From Convolutriloba macropyga (Eukaryota), in NCBI RefSeq assembly GCF_964194025.1, contig NC_134480.1:25668001-25732000 (forward strand): a DNA stretch of 64,000 nucleotides, read 5' to 3'. A program made the position numbers and the translations under genes. Position 1 is the first letter of the stretch; the number at the start of each line of letters is the position of its first letter. Below the pieces are notes generated by a model that saw nothing but the letters and a program-made list of their open reading frames with translations, was not told the origin of the DNA and did no database searches. Shown one piece after another: positions 12,561 through 24,926 of the stretch.

Positions 12561-14749
12561 GAGAATTTTTAATTATCGAAAAAAAATTTTCCTCTAATAT
12601 GAGCACTACCAAGTTGGTTGTAGCTCTGTTTGGTTGAATTCATTTTTATCATTATGACTTTGGTTGAATTCATTTTTAAAACCCATGGATAATGAGCTTC
12701 TGGCGCTTGATTATCTTTTTATCTATTATTATTTAAAAATGCTGGTGCTATCCAGAAACAATTATTTGCGTTATCCAATTATGTGTCATGTCCAGAGTTG
12801 AGCAAAAATGTAGGTGCATTACACACTTGATAGAGATTTTGAGCACACTTTTTATGGTGCAAATTTTTATCAATTGAATGACTCTGTCAAATTTGGAGCC
12901 GTCGTTAAGTCTCGTTGTGGAAGAACAAATTTTCAAATTATATCTGAAAAACCTTCATAATAAACTGTTGGAACGCACAAATTACCCTTGAATTGTATCA
13001 CTGAAGCATTTTGGAAATTATTTTAAAAAAATTGAATTATAATACGTTTTCATAGCTTTCTGAGTTCTTTTCGTAGAAAGATAAAAAAAGTTAGGAGAAT
13101 AGATGATAAGCAAGCTATCTTGTAAGGTGTTTAACTTGAATTTTAAAAAACTTTTTTTTATTGAAATATGTTATGAATTGCTTTAAATATATTGATCCAT
13201 ATTTGCATTCATGGATTACATAACAGACAATTTAATTACCACCGCTGGTCTAGATTGTCGTTTGAAGTCGTAAAACATGATTTAAGTTCACATTATGTAG
13301 AAGGTTAGACGTCAGAAAAATTTTATTCGATATTAGCATCCGCTTTTTCCGTCTATTTTGTGGTAGTCGACAAGACCAAAAACGAGACGCTCAGCTTTAA
13401 AAGGGCGCTCCTTCTTTTGTAATTTTGGGCGAGACTTGATCAGCCGCAGAAGTCAAAAAGTCATAATTACGGCTGGATGAAATAGAAAAGTAATTGTGGT
13501 CGACAGGAAAACCATAAGAGTACCATGGAATCCCCCCTTGTCTGTAATCACCATCTAGTTCATTGTTGATAAAAACTAGCGTGAATGTTAATGTGTTTTT
13601 GGGCAAAAATGATGATGTCTGTAGCTGTTGGTTATGTGTACATATATTATAAGAACTAAAATTGGGTATTTTAATTGATAAGCACAATTATGCAAAAAGT
13701 CAACCACAGACTAAACAGGGAGAGAGACATTGTACAGTCTAAAATGCTCTTTTCAATACTGATCAAACATGACTTATTCTGGAATTATTATTCTCGTATG
13801 ATCGACCACTATTATTATTAATTTATGTGCAATCAAGTTCAATCAATTTAAAAGGCCTCAACAAGTAAAAGAGAAAGTTCGATTTCGGAAAGGTGAGTTT
13901 TTGATACTGTTACTACAGAGTTTTTCCTTCAAAAACCAATTGATTTCTCTTATTGCTGGGAGCCAATTCAAGCGCCGGGAAAGGCTTCTTCTGGCTCTGC
14001 TTGCTTTTATTCTTTTTCTGGGTGTTCATGGCTAGCCTCGTAGGAGTTGATTAGCGCGTCGTTTTTTCATGCGTGGTATGATATCAAAACTTTTTTCATA
14101 GGCGAAAAAATTCGTTAATTAAGATTAATATACAAGAAGTAATAAATAGCGAGAGACGGAAAAGAAAAAAAATAAAATAAAAAAGTAAATAAAAATCGGA
14201 ATAGGGCTGTGCTCATGGTGAGGACTTAATTACTGCGCCCCGTTTGATTGAAGAATTAGAGGACTGCGTTATAACTTGCTGTTTTAGTCGTAAAAAGTGT
14301 ATTTTTGTTCATGAAGGCAAGCGTTAATACGCGTGAAAATAAATTGAGAGTAGATAAAAAGAGTGTTGTTGCAACAGTTAACAGCTAAGTTTCAAAAGGC
14401 CAAATTAAAGCGTTTAGAAGAAGAAAAGTAAAGAAGGAAGAATAAAAAGCAGTAAAAAGTGCTAAGCTAACCCAAACTTTAAAACCACTGAAACAAACCA
14501 CGCATAGCACTATATTATGTCATTAGTTGTATAGCTGTAGCTTGACTGTGTTAACGATATCAAGTGAGTGAATGTGAAAAATAATAACGTGGTTTTGAAT
14601 GAATGATGCCAATCAATTCGGATTTTTCAGTAGGTAAGCCCCAAATTTCCTAGGTAAGCGACTGGCTTAGCTGCATGGTTAGTACGTTGTTTGTTTGATT
14701 TTTGCCCCGAATTAACTAACCGGCTGGCAATAAGTCATTGGTTGATATC

Positions 14750-16126
14750 TGTTCTACGCTATAGGAAGTGGAATTTGAGATGAAGTTAAAAAATAAGAAA
14801 AGAAGACTGCAAGTTGTTGCTCTGATTCGAGCATTGTTCCAATGCTTCATTTGTTTCGTTCCCAAAAATGTTGACTGCTTGCTCATTGTACTCTGACTCT
14901 TTTTTATACTCTGACTGTATTTTCGAAAGGTATGATTTTCTCTCAAGAAGTGAGCAAATTATCAGCCATCGCAAATAATCCGCTTTAAAACAAGCTTTTT
15001 CGTGGAGAAAACAGCGCCAACCTATATAACAAAAAAATGGAATTGACCGAAAATATGGATCATTATAAGCATACAAAGATGTGTTGATGAATGTTTAAGT
15101 GCATAGTTATCCTGCTGAAATGCACGTATTAATATAGAATTCGTGAAATCATAATTGACCTTTGCTTTAAAACATTGTTTGTTTCAGCATCTTGATCTGG
15201 CTATTTGTAAAACTTGTGTGATATTCTATTGAAATTGCTAGTGTTTTTCTCGGCAAGTTTGTTTCCCGCAATTATACATTTAGAGTGGTCAAGTGTGAGC
15301 AATATCGGATAATTCTGAACTATTTTGTTTTCTTTTGAGAACACTTTTAATACTCAGATGGTTGAAGAATTACAACTCATCAGAGATCTTGCAACTCAAA
15401 ACTATATGCCATTTGAAAGATCTCTGGAATCTCAAATCCTTTCATGAACCAGGGCTTACTCATTTCCAAACGACTTTGCTGCTGCGTTCTGTTAACTGTC
15501 CTTTGGTTTGAGCTGTAAGCTGGAATACTGGCTAGTGTTTCTCTACTTATATCTTTTGGGCAGCAAATATTGTTTGGCGTGGAGTCTCGTCAGCCACTGC
15601 TGATCTCTCAACGGCGAGTGGAATTTTCTTTTTTCAATATATGCTGGATCTGTGAAATGGCTATGAACTGCGATAAATTCGATTTGTTGATGGTGTAGCC
15701 TGACTCTGTCATTGCATTTTGTAAGACAACAGCGCCAAGAAGCTGCCGGTGAATTATATAGCCTTAGCCTTTAAAAACGAGCAATTCTGATTTTTAGTTG
15801 TCTGAATGGATTGCTTTTTCAAACTTTGCTTCAAATTTATGACACCAAACATTGTGAGGCAATTTTTTAAATACTTTTCTGTTCAAACAAATTCTGTCAT
15901 TGATTTCAGCAACTGTTTTTGCGACCCCTTTTAATACTTTGTGTCCACTTTTACGTCCACTTTTGTTGATTTGTTTTGATTTAGTTCAATTGTGAGTCGA
16001 AATTTTGTTAATTAATGTGTTGCGTCACCATCTTTAAGTTTTTAGGACTATTTTGTATGGGACTATTTTGCAATTTATGACTGTTTTGTCTGACACTATT
16101 TTGTCTGGGACTCTTTGGTCTGGACA
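14750..16126 (-). mobile_element. Probable decayed Mutator-like (MULE) transposon
   Basis: Minus-strand peptides IPAYSSNQRTVNR, LAEKNTSNFNRI, DFTNSILIRAFQQ and YNDPYFR weakly resemble animal MULE transposase motifs in order. Repeated GACTATTTTG motifs at 16045-16126 resemble MuDR-type terminal subrepeats. Confidence 0.45.
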
Positions 16127-16139
16127 CGCACTTCATGTC

Positions 16140-17270
16140 ATTTAAGTTGGTTGTGCGCTTCTTTAAAATTCTTTTTTGAGCGTTTTTGACGTTTTGATTT
16201 TACATGGTTTATCCTGTCAGCAGGTTTGCCAATAAAAGTTTTCAAGAGCTCGTTTTTTATTTGTTTGCTCGAAATCTGTTCGAAATGCGATTTAAATTGT
16301 TCCGTCTCCTTTCACTGTCAATACTACCGGTTATATAAAAATTTTGTCATCAATTATCTCTGACTTTTCTATGTAGCCGTATTCAATGAGAGTGTCAAAT
16401 TGTTTTTTTTTGCACACTCCTAAAATGAAACTGGTATAAAATTTTTTGGCTGCACTGGAGCTAATGGCTTTTGGGAAATTCGCCCTGACTTAGTGATTTT
16501 GTATCTTATTGAGTCTGTTAGACAATTTTTTAATTTTGATTTGTGAAGACTTAACCCAGCCTTTAGTGTACTTTTTTTCGTGGGTTTGTCCTCGGTTTGA
16601 GGCCCTCATCAACTACTAGGCCTACCGTCTGTTCATTCCCTCCGGTATGCAATACTGCCGGCCATTGCGTAGTTCTGATTTTTCCAAAGGCGTCCATTAC
16701 GTTTATTTGTGCTCTTCATACAGCCGTTATAAGAAAGAGGTTTGCTGATTCTCATCCATTTGGCCCGATATTTGTTTTGTATTTGCAAAGAAGTTTGCTC
16801 ATTTTGTTGTTATAATCCTTTAATCTCTCTTTCGGTGTTTATTCCGTCAGCTGAGCTCTGTCTTTCGCTAACAATCTCTGGGACGCACTCTTTGATGTTA
16901 TTAAGACCTGTGGTACCGAGGTACCCAGTCCACCGATAGTACGCATTTCGCTGCCCACTGGTTGGCTTTCATTCTTTTTGCTACCGGCCTAAGCACATAG
17001 GATTTTTATTTCTTAACCTCATGACTCCGTTCTCCACTGTCACTCTTCTGAGTCAAATCTTTTTCTTGTTCTACGCAATTGACTCTCCACCTTCATCTGT
17101 TGGTTGTTTAGTTATAGCTTCCGTAGTTGTTTCTACCTCCAGCCTAGCTCAATTTTTACTCCAGTGCTGCAGCCAGCCGTTGCTGAACTCGAAACGTTTT
17201 GACAGTTTTTTTTTACATAAACTATGCGATTCGTGCATCTTGTTCGCATACAGATATAAGTGAATAAGCA
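16140..17270 (-). mobile_element. Decayed Ty3/Gypsy gag-pol relic
   Basis: Minus-strand DTLIEYGYIEKV...PVVLTVKGDGTI matches the Gypsy RT N-terminus (L...GIIE.V...PVVIVxKxDGxIR). Confidence 0.55.
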
Positions 17271-17584
17271 ATATTGTCCAGTTTTTGTTTTACTGCTAAG
17301 TATTTAAAAACAACTCGGCTCACGAACATTTTGTTTTCAGTCTGGATTTTTTCTTAGTCTTATCTAAATAGGCCCTCTACGGAATAATTCACGTGTTTTT
17401 TGTTACCAACAATTGAAATCTAAGCAACTGTGTAGTTCAATTAAGCGTTCTACTATTGCGCGCCAAAAACGCATCCATTGAGTCTTCTAGAAGTGTGATT
17501 TTATAGTAAACTCGTACTTTCCTCATAAAACTGCTAGGTTTAGAGGTTTTATAATCAAAAAGTGTAACTTGTAACAATAAAAAA

Positions 17585-17990
17585 TGATGTAAGAGTGGGG
17601 CTGCAATGGGAGGATTTTTTTAGGAAAATGCAGCTCAAAACTCTTCCGTTTTTTTGGGCTGCATTAGGCTTCCAACGGGGGTAAAATGGTGTAAAAGTGA
17701 GGGGGTAATGTAGAACTTACCCCCGAACTCTTACTTTTTTGGTCTGTCAAGGGGGGTAAATTGATGTAAGAGTTCGTGGGTAATGGAGAATTTACCCTCG
17801 AACTCTAACATCATTTTACCCGCCTTGACAGACCAAAAAGATATGAGAGTGGGGGTTAATTTGTCTTTTACCCCCTCACTCTTACACCATTTTACCCCCG
17901 TTCGAAGCCTAATGCAGCCCTAAAAAACGTAAGAGTTTTGAGCTGCATTTTCCTAAAAAATCCTCCCATTGCATCCCCACTCTTACATCA
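17585..17990. mobile_element. ~405-bp near-perfect palindrome (foldback element/MITE)
   Basis: tgatgtaagagtgggg... at the left end is the reverse complement of ...ccccactcttacatca at the right end. The arms pair along almost their whole length to a centre near 17785. Confidence 0.9.
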
Positions 17991-19159
17991 GTTTGGGTGG
18001 AAAATCTCAACCAGAGGAGTATTGACAATTGGAGTTGACAAAAACAATGAAAAGTAAAAGTATTCAATTTCAGGAGTTTATTGTTCCCCCCCCCAATTGG
18101 GTAGCAACAAATTATTTAGAACCCAGGAAATTATTTTTCCTTCGGTCTGGAACAGATTGTAAAAAAGCGATGAGTTGTCTCCAGTTAGTTCTTGATAGTG
18201 GAAAAAGTCAACTCCATAGATTTTAAGGTTTTTATATCCATCAGTTCAGGAGTTAAAAGCCGTACAGAAATGTAAAGTGAAAATATAATATTTGGGTAAG
18301 CTTATAAATATTCGGTTTTAAACGTATTCAAAAATTTGAAACAATTGATTGAAAGAGAAACTGTAGTCATCAAAAATCACATTAAAATTCAGCAGACTGC
18401 GAAAGTTTTGACAATGATTTATTTTCACCATTTGAGATAAAAATGCAATCAAATTTGTTTCTTTGTTTTTTGTTATGTACTTTTTCAGCCAGAATTAAAT
18501 TGTTTCTGAGGAGATAGTGAAGCTAAGTTTCCAATACAAGTGAAGGAAGAAAGTAATTCTATACTCTGGAACTGCAAAAATTAAGTAAGTTTTTCTAACG
18601 GGATGATGATATAGTTTTTATAGCGGGATAATGCTTTGAAATTGGGAAAAATAAAATCGGTAATAAAAAATTAGGGTTTATGGCCAGTATGGTGAAGCTG
18701 GCCATCAATATTATGCCTTTCATAAATTCTGTTATAATGTTCGCATTGTCAATATGGCCTTACAAGATTTCAAGAAAGCTTTTAATCGCGTTGTGACATT
18801 CAAACATAAGATAAATTACAGGTGCTTATACGTTATTCTTGAATCATAGCAAAAGACAACTTACTTCGCATCATTGTTTAGCTTTTTTCATTATTCAAAT
18901 TTTGTGACCTTAAAGCAGCCACTCTTGTTTTCTTTCTAAAGTTCATTTTTACCATATAAACAAACTGAACTAAGAGTTTTATAAGTTTAGGTTTTGAACA
19001 AATTGTTGCTGAAAATGGTTAAAAAAATCATTTGATTCATGATTTTTTTCAAAAATAATAGGAAAACATTATCCTTTCATGTAAAAGAAAATTAAAAGAA
19101 TTAATTGGTGAGCTCATTGACTTTCTTGAGTACAGTTTCAACAACTTACGCGATGAGAA

Positions 19160-20104
19160 CAGCGCGTGCGGTTTTAAAAGCAAAACGTATTAATGATTTT
19201 TAAATGCTTAATTTGTCTTCAAAATTGCTCAGTTTGTTTCCATTCAACAACACTCTTAATAACCGATATAATTACCGATATACCGGTTATTATTCGTTAT
19301 TTTATGAAATATGGTTCAGCGCATGTCGTTTTAAAAGCAAAAGGTATTTATGATTTTTAAATGCTTAATTTGTCTTGAAATTTGCTCAGTTTGTTTCAAT
19401 TCAACGACACTCTTAATTACCGATATAATTACCGATATACCGGTTATTATTCGTTATTTTATGAAATATGGTTCAGCGCATGTCGTTTTAAAAGCAAAAG
19501 GTATTTATGATTTTTAAATGCTTAATTTGTCTTGAAATTTGCTCAGTTTGTTTCAATTCAACAACACTCTTAATTACCGATATAATTACCGATATACCGG
19601 TTATTATTCGTTATTTTATGAAATATGGTTCAGCGCGTGTCGTTTTAAAAGCAAAACGTATTTTTGATTTTTTAAATGCTTAATTTGTCTTCAAATTTGC
19701 TCAGTTTGTTTCAATTCAACCACACTCTTAATTACCGATATAATTACCGATATACCTGTTTTTATTCGTTATTTTATGAAATATGGTTCAGCGCGTGTCG
19801 TTTTAAAAGCAAAACGTATTTATGATCTTTAAATGCTTAATTTGTCTTCAAATTTGCTCAGTTTGTTTCAATTCAACCACACTCTTAATTACCGATATAA
19901 TTACCGATATACCGGTTATTATTCGTTATTTTATGAAATATGGTTCAGCGCATGTCGTTTTAAAAGCAAAAGGTATTTATGATTTTTAAATGCTTAATTT
20001 GTCTTGAAATTTGCTCAGTTTGTTTCAATTCAACAACACTCTTAATTACCGATATAATTACCGATATACCGATTATTATTCGTTATTTTATGAAATATGG
20101 TTCA
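19160..20104. repeat. Tandem satellite, 157-bp unit x6
   Basis: Units start (cagcg) at 19160, 19317, 19474, 19631, 19789 and 19946, with few substitutions. Confidence 0.97.
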
Positions 20105-21286
20105 AATAAATTACAAAAATGTGTAATTTTTGTTTTGTAATTTTATAAAAAAAAATTCACTTTGCATTTACCACCTGATTTTGTTTCATAATGATAGTAT
20201 AACTTTTTGAAATGCTTGTTAATTTTCGCTAAAGATCGGCGGAAACCCTACAAATAAGATTACATTATTTTTATAATTACCGCATTTGGGTTTTCAAAAG
20301 AACAACTCAAACGTCTTTCTGAGGTCTTGAGATGTTCTTGGAAAATGTTCAAAGTAGTTCAAATCAATCATAATATGACAAGAATGCATCAGAGAGATGA
20401 AAGCAACTAACTGGTGAAGTCCTCCAAATGATATCTTGTGATTGTTTCTACTGTAGAAAGTTGAGTAAATATTTCAACTGTCGCCAGCCCCTTTGTATAT
20501 TTTAGAAAATCGCACCCCCCCTTTTTTTCTCAGCTTTTATTAATGCCATTGTTATTTAGCCTACAGTTCAAATAACCTAATATTCACTTCCACGCGATAG
20601 ATGATCGATGCTCAAGCCAGTGCCCCCCCCCCCAAGCATGTTGGGATGCAATAGGGAAATTGCCGACTGTTATTGCAAAAGGCCGCCAGATTTTGATTAT
20701 GTTCATTTAATCTTATATTTCGTCTTAATGCCAACGCATGAATTTCTTCTATATAATTTATCCCCCCAGGATGAGAAGTGCGAGCCAAGCCCGCTCTCAA
20801 TCAGAGCAACATGATTTGCACACGGGGTGTATCAGGCCCACTTAGGACGCACCTTGGTTTTCCAGACCTACTTGGGTCGCTCACTGGAGGTACCGCGACT
20901 GATACTTTTAGCCGTTGAAATAGCAGTAATCCAGTAATCATTGGTATAAAGTCTTCTTTTCAGAAAAATGGACGCCATTCTATGTATATAGTTTTTGATT
21001 TCTGCAGTAAAAAATGTCAGTTCCAAACAAAGAAAAATTTTCAGCTTTAGCAATTGCCGAACTTGTCTTTAGCGGGGTCTTTGAAGTTCATCAAGTAGAA
21101 TGTCGGGTTAATTACTTCTTTTCTTTCGGGCATTGCCAGCTTTCTCGATTGGACCATTTGGTTTTCAGCAGACTTTCCAGACCGCGCAAAAAAAAAAACG
21201 AAACAAAGCGAAACAAAGCAGTTGCTCTTTCTTGCTCTTTTTATGCCATTCAAAATCTTTGAAATTCACGTTGCTTTATTATCAAA

Positions 21287-22084
21287 ATGGCCAACCAAGA
21301 GAACTTTACTACAGGAAATATTTCCGAACTGAAACAAATTATTGAAAAACTTACAAATACTGTAACAAAGCAAAATCTAGTCATACAAAATCTTACGGAT
21401 CGTCTCGAAAAACTTGAGAATAACCAAATTACTTCAGAAAACAACATTTATCAGTTAGAAAAACGTTTAACAGCAGTAGAAAGATATCAAAACAGACCGT
21501 TTCTTATTTTTACTAACATCGACATCCCAGCTGATGGTAATGTACTCGCACCAATTTTACAAATAGTAAACAACATCTTACAGGTTAGTTTGAATCCCGA
21601 CGAAATCTCGATTGCCCACCCACTAAAAAATGGAAACATTGCGCCTATTATTGTTCAATTTTTGTATTTGCAACAAAGGGACATAATTCTGAAACGTGCT
21701 TCATGGTTAAGAGGTCTGAGAAATTCGATGGGGAATCCTATTTTCATTCATGAACGACTGGCGAAAAAGGATGTTATCATTGAAAAAAAGGCTCGAGAAC
21801 TGGACATTCAATATAAGATTAAGAAATCACACTTATGGGCTTTTGATGGTGAAAGATATCAACCAGTTGATGACATCAGCGAGCTACCGGATTATCAAAG
21901 GAGACAACAAAAGAGTTTGCAAACTGTACAAAATGGTACTCCATTCATGAATAACAAAAGAACCTATGCTTTTTCGCCTGATATGGACGCAACAAACAAT
22001 GGAAATGATATACCAATGAACAAAAAACAAAATATGTACGGTGTTTCATTTCAGCAAAACAAAAGTTATGCATCAAAAAACTAA
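21287..22084 (+). CDS. LINE ORF1 protein (coiled coil plus RRM-like region), 265 aa
   Basis: Intact ORF with a heptad-rich N-terminus, then ERYQNRPFLIF..I, ISIAHPL, PIIVQF and IFIHERL, typical of LINE ORF1. Confidence 0.88.
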   Translation: MANQENFTTGNISELKQIIEKLTNTVTKQNLVIQNLTDRLEKLENNQITSENNIYQLEKRLTAVERYQNRPFLIFTNIDIPADGNVLAPILQIVNNILQVSLNPDEISIAHPLKNGNIAPIIVQFLYLQQRDIILKRASWLRGLRNSMGNPIFIHERLAKKDVIIEKKARELDIQYKIKKSHLWAFDGERYQPVDDISELPDYQRRQQKSLQTVQNGTPFMNNKRTYAFSPDMDATNNGNDIPMNKKQNMYGVSFQQNKSYASKN

Positions 22085-24926
22085 CATTCACAGTCTTGCT
22101 TGTTAATATCCGGTCTCTAAACAAACACCTTGAGGAACTTCAGGTTTTTTTGCAAACATTTGAGTCCCTACCAACTGTGATTTGCCTTGTTGAAACTTGG
22201 ATACAAGAGGGTTCTCATGAAGAACACTTCAATATATCAGGTTATCAGAAAATAATTGCTAAAAACAGGGTGGGAATTGGTGGAGGAGTAGCCATGTTTT
22301 GCAGGGAGGATATTTTTCTGTTAGATAGCTTTCCAACGAACTATTATGAGAGCCTAGGTATAAAAATTAGAACAAATAACGAAAACTATACTTTGATTAC
22401 ATACTATGTTCCCCCTGGGTTCAATAAAAATCAGTTCTTGACTGAATTTGACAGCTATCTTGAGACTATGGTGGATGCGAACCAAAATCTTATTATATGT
22501 GGAGACTTCAATATAGATCAGCTATCTCTGACTCCAATAAAAAAGCGATTTGAAGATGTTATCTCTAGTAACGGTATAAACCTTATGGATTCGGGTATAA
22601 CTAGAGAAACGTCGACAACAAAATCATCCCTCGATTTATTTCTGACAAATATTAACAAAAATCTTTGCATAGTAAATTCTATCAGTTATGACATCACAGA
22701 TCATTATCCAGTATTTTTCAGTCTAACAAAAAGTATGATTAAACCCAAGATAAAAGCATCTAAACGTCGCAGTATGTCTCCCTTAAACAACAAAATACTG
22801 TTTGAAAAATACAAAAAGGAACTGGAAAACAATTTAATCATATTTCAGAACAACAATAGGGATCAATCTTTCAACGCATTTTGTAACTGTTTACATTTTG
22901 TAGTCGACAAACACCAGCCTTTGGTTGAAATAAAACAAAAGAAAAATAGGAATCAATGGGTCACAAATCGAAAAAAAAATCTTTTTGCGAAGAGAAACAA
23001 TGCAAGAACAAAATGGTTGAGAACACAAAACAACATCGATAAAAATAGATATGTTCAACTGAAAAGCAAGAGCACTCAAATCATGAACGACACAAAAAAA
23101 CATTTCATACAAAACAAAATTCAAAATTGTGGTAGGGACTCAAGGAAAATGTACAAAATCATAAACAATTTGATAGGCAGGAACAGAAGTGATGTGAGTT
23201 ATAACCTTGTTTTCAATAATATTGGAACTGATGACCCCAGTAGCATAGCTGATTATTTCAATGAACATTTTGTAAATGTTGCAGATGAAATAGTAAGCAA
23301 ATTACCTCAAATAAGCTTTCCTTCATCTAATTATGCTGAAGAACAATCTATGATGCTACATGAAACAAATTTAGTAGAAGTGCTTTCACAAATAGCCAGC
23401 CTACAAAATTCTTTTGCGCATGGTGTGGATCTGATCACTAACACCTTCATTAAGAGATTTGATAGAACCTTAGCCCCATTTTTAGTTAATTATATTAACG
23501 AATCTTTTTTGAGCGGAGTTTTCCCAAATAGCCTAAAACGAGCAACTATCCAACCGCATTTCAAAACGGGATCAAAAACTGATGCCAATAACTATCGACC
23601 AATTTCGATTTTGCCGTCTTTTGGAAAAGTATTTGAAAAAATTATGAAAATAAAAATTCTCAACTACATAGAGAAATTCAAAATTCTTGGTGAAAATCAG
23701 TTTGGTTTCCGTAATCGGAGATCAACAGTTGATGCACTCGTAAATGTAGTGGAAAACATAAGGTTGGAAAAAGAAAAAGGGAACAATAGCACCACGGTCT
23801 TCCTAGATTTGAAAAAGGCATTCGACACTGTTAATCACTCGCTGCTGTTGAAAAAATTAGAAAACTTTGGAATTAGGGGTCAGGTTTTAAGCTGGTTTTC
23901 TTCATATCTCAAATCAAGAACACAGTGTGTTATATGGAAAAATAGAATATCGAAAGAACTAATAGTAAAAAATGGAGTTCCTCAAGGTTCTGTTCTGGGT
24001 CCTGTATTATTTATACTGTACTTTAACGACTTTGTGGACGCTTGTAAATTATCCACTCCGTATTTTTTTGCCGATGATACCAGCCTCCTTTCAAAAGCAG
24101 ACCAACCTATGAAGAATTAATTACTGAAATTCATTCAGTTTCACATTGGCTACATCAAAATAAATTGGATTTAAACGAGTCAAAAACTTTTGTAATGAAT
24201 TTTTTTGAAACTAAAGCAAACACAAACATTCAAAACTGCCCAGTTCAGAAGTGCAATACCTACAAATATCTAGGAGTAATTTTAGACGCGAATTTAACTT
24301 TCGAAAAACATGTGGAATCCATTTGTTTAAAATTAAAGAAGTGGATCGGAATAATTGCAAAGCTAAGGAGAACTTGCAGTCGCAACACCGTTTTGATGTT
24401 CTACAAAACTACAGTGGTACCAATTTTTGAGTATGGACTTCTTATTTATGGTGGAACAACGTTGAATAAGCTTCAAAAAATTGAACGGTTACAAAAGAAA
24501 ATTTTGAGAATTGTCTTCAGAAAGAAACCAAAAGACACCATCTTTGATACTTTATTCGAGTTCAAAATTTTGACAATTTGTGAATTGTACATAAAACATC
24601 TGCTTTCATTCAGCCTTAAATCATACTTTGGGTTACATTCAAACAAAATGATGAATGAGATTTTGACCGCAAATCAAAATTTTTCGTACAATACTCGCTC
24701 GAAAACCACTCGCATTATACAAACAAAAACGTCAAAAAGAATTTCAACTCGGACATCTCTGGGTTATCGCGGTAGAATTTTGATAAATTTTCTACTGAAA
24801 CAAAAAATACTACCTCAGCTTGAACAAGAGACCATGTCCTGTATAAAAGTTAAAAAACTAGTCAATGCACTTCAATATAGCTTGATCATTCAAAACGATA
24901 CGTTAAAAAAACTTGTTTTTAAATAA
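22081..24926 (+). CDS. LINE ORF2 (APE endonuclease + reverse transcriptase) with one frameshift near 24100
   Basis: APE motifs NIRSL, CLVETW, GGGV, GDFNID and TDHYPV. RT motifs NYRPISILP, QFGFR, LDLKKAFDTVNH, GVPQGSVLGP and FADD. The frame resumes as TYEELITEIHSVSHWLHQNKLDLN...YKYLGV. Confidence 0.93.

Noticed and set aside
13397-13687. Minus-strand ORF containing ELDGDYRQGGIPWYSYGFP as a possible exon or viral fragment
   Set aside because: No recognisable family and no convincing splice partners; it would need a BLAST search.
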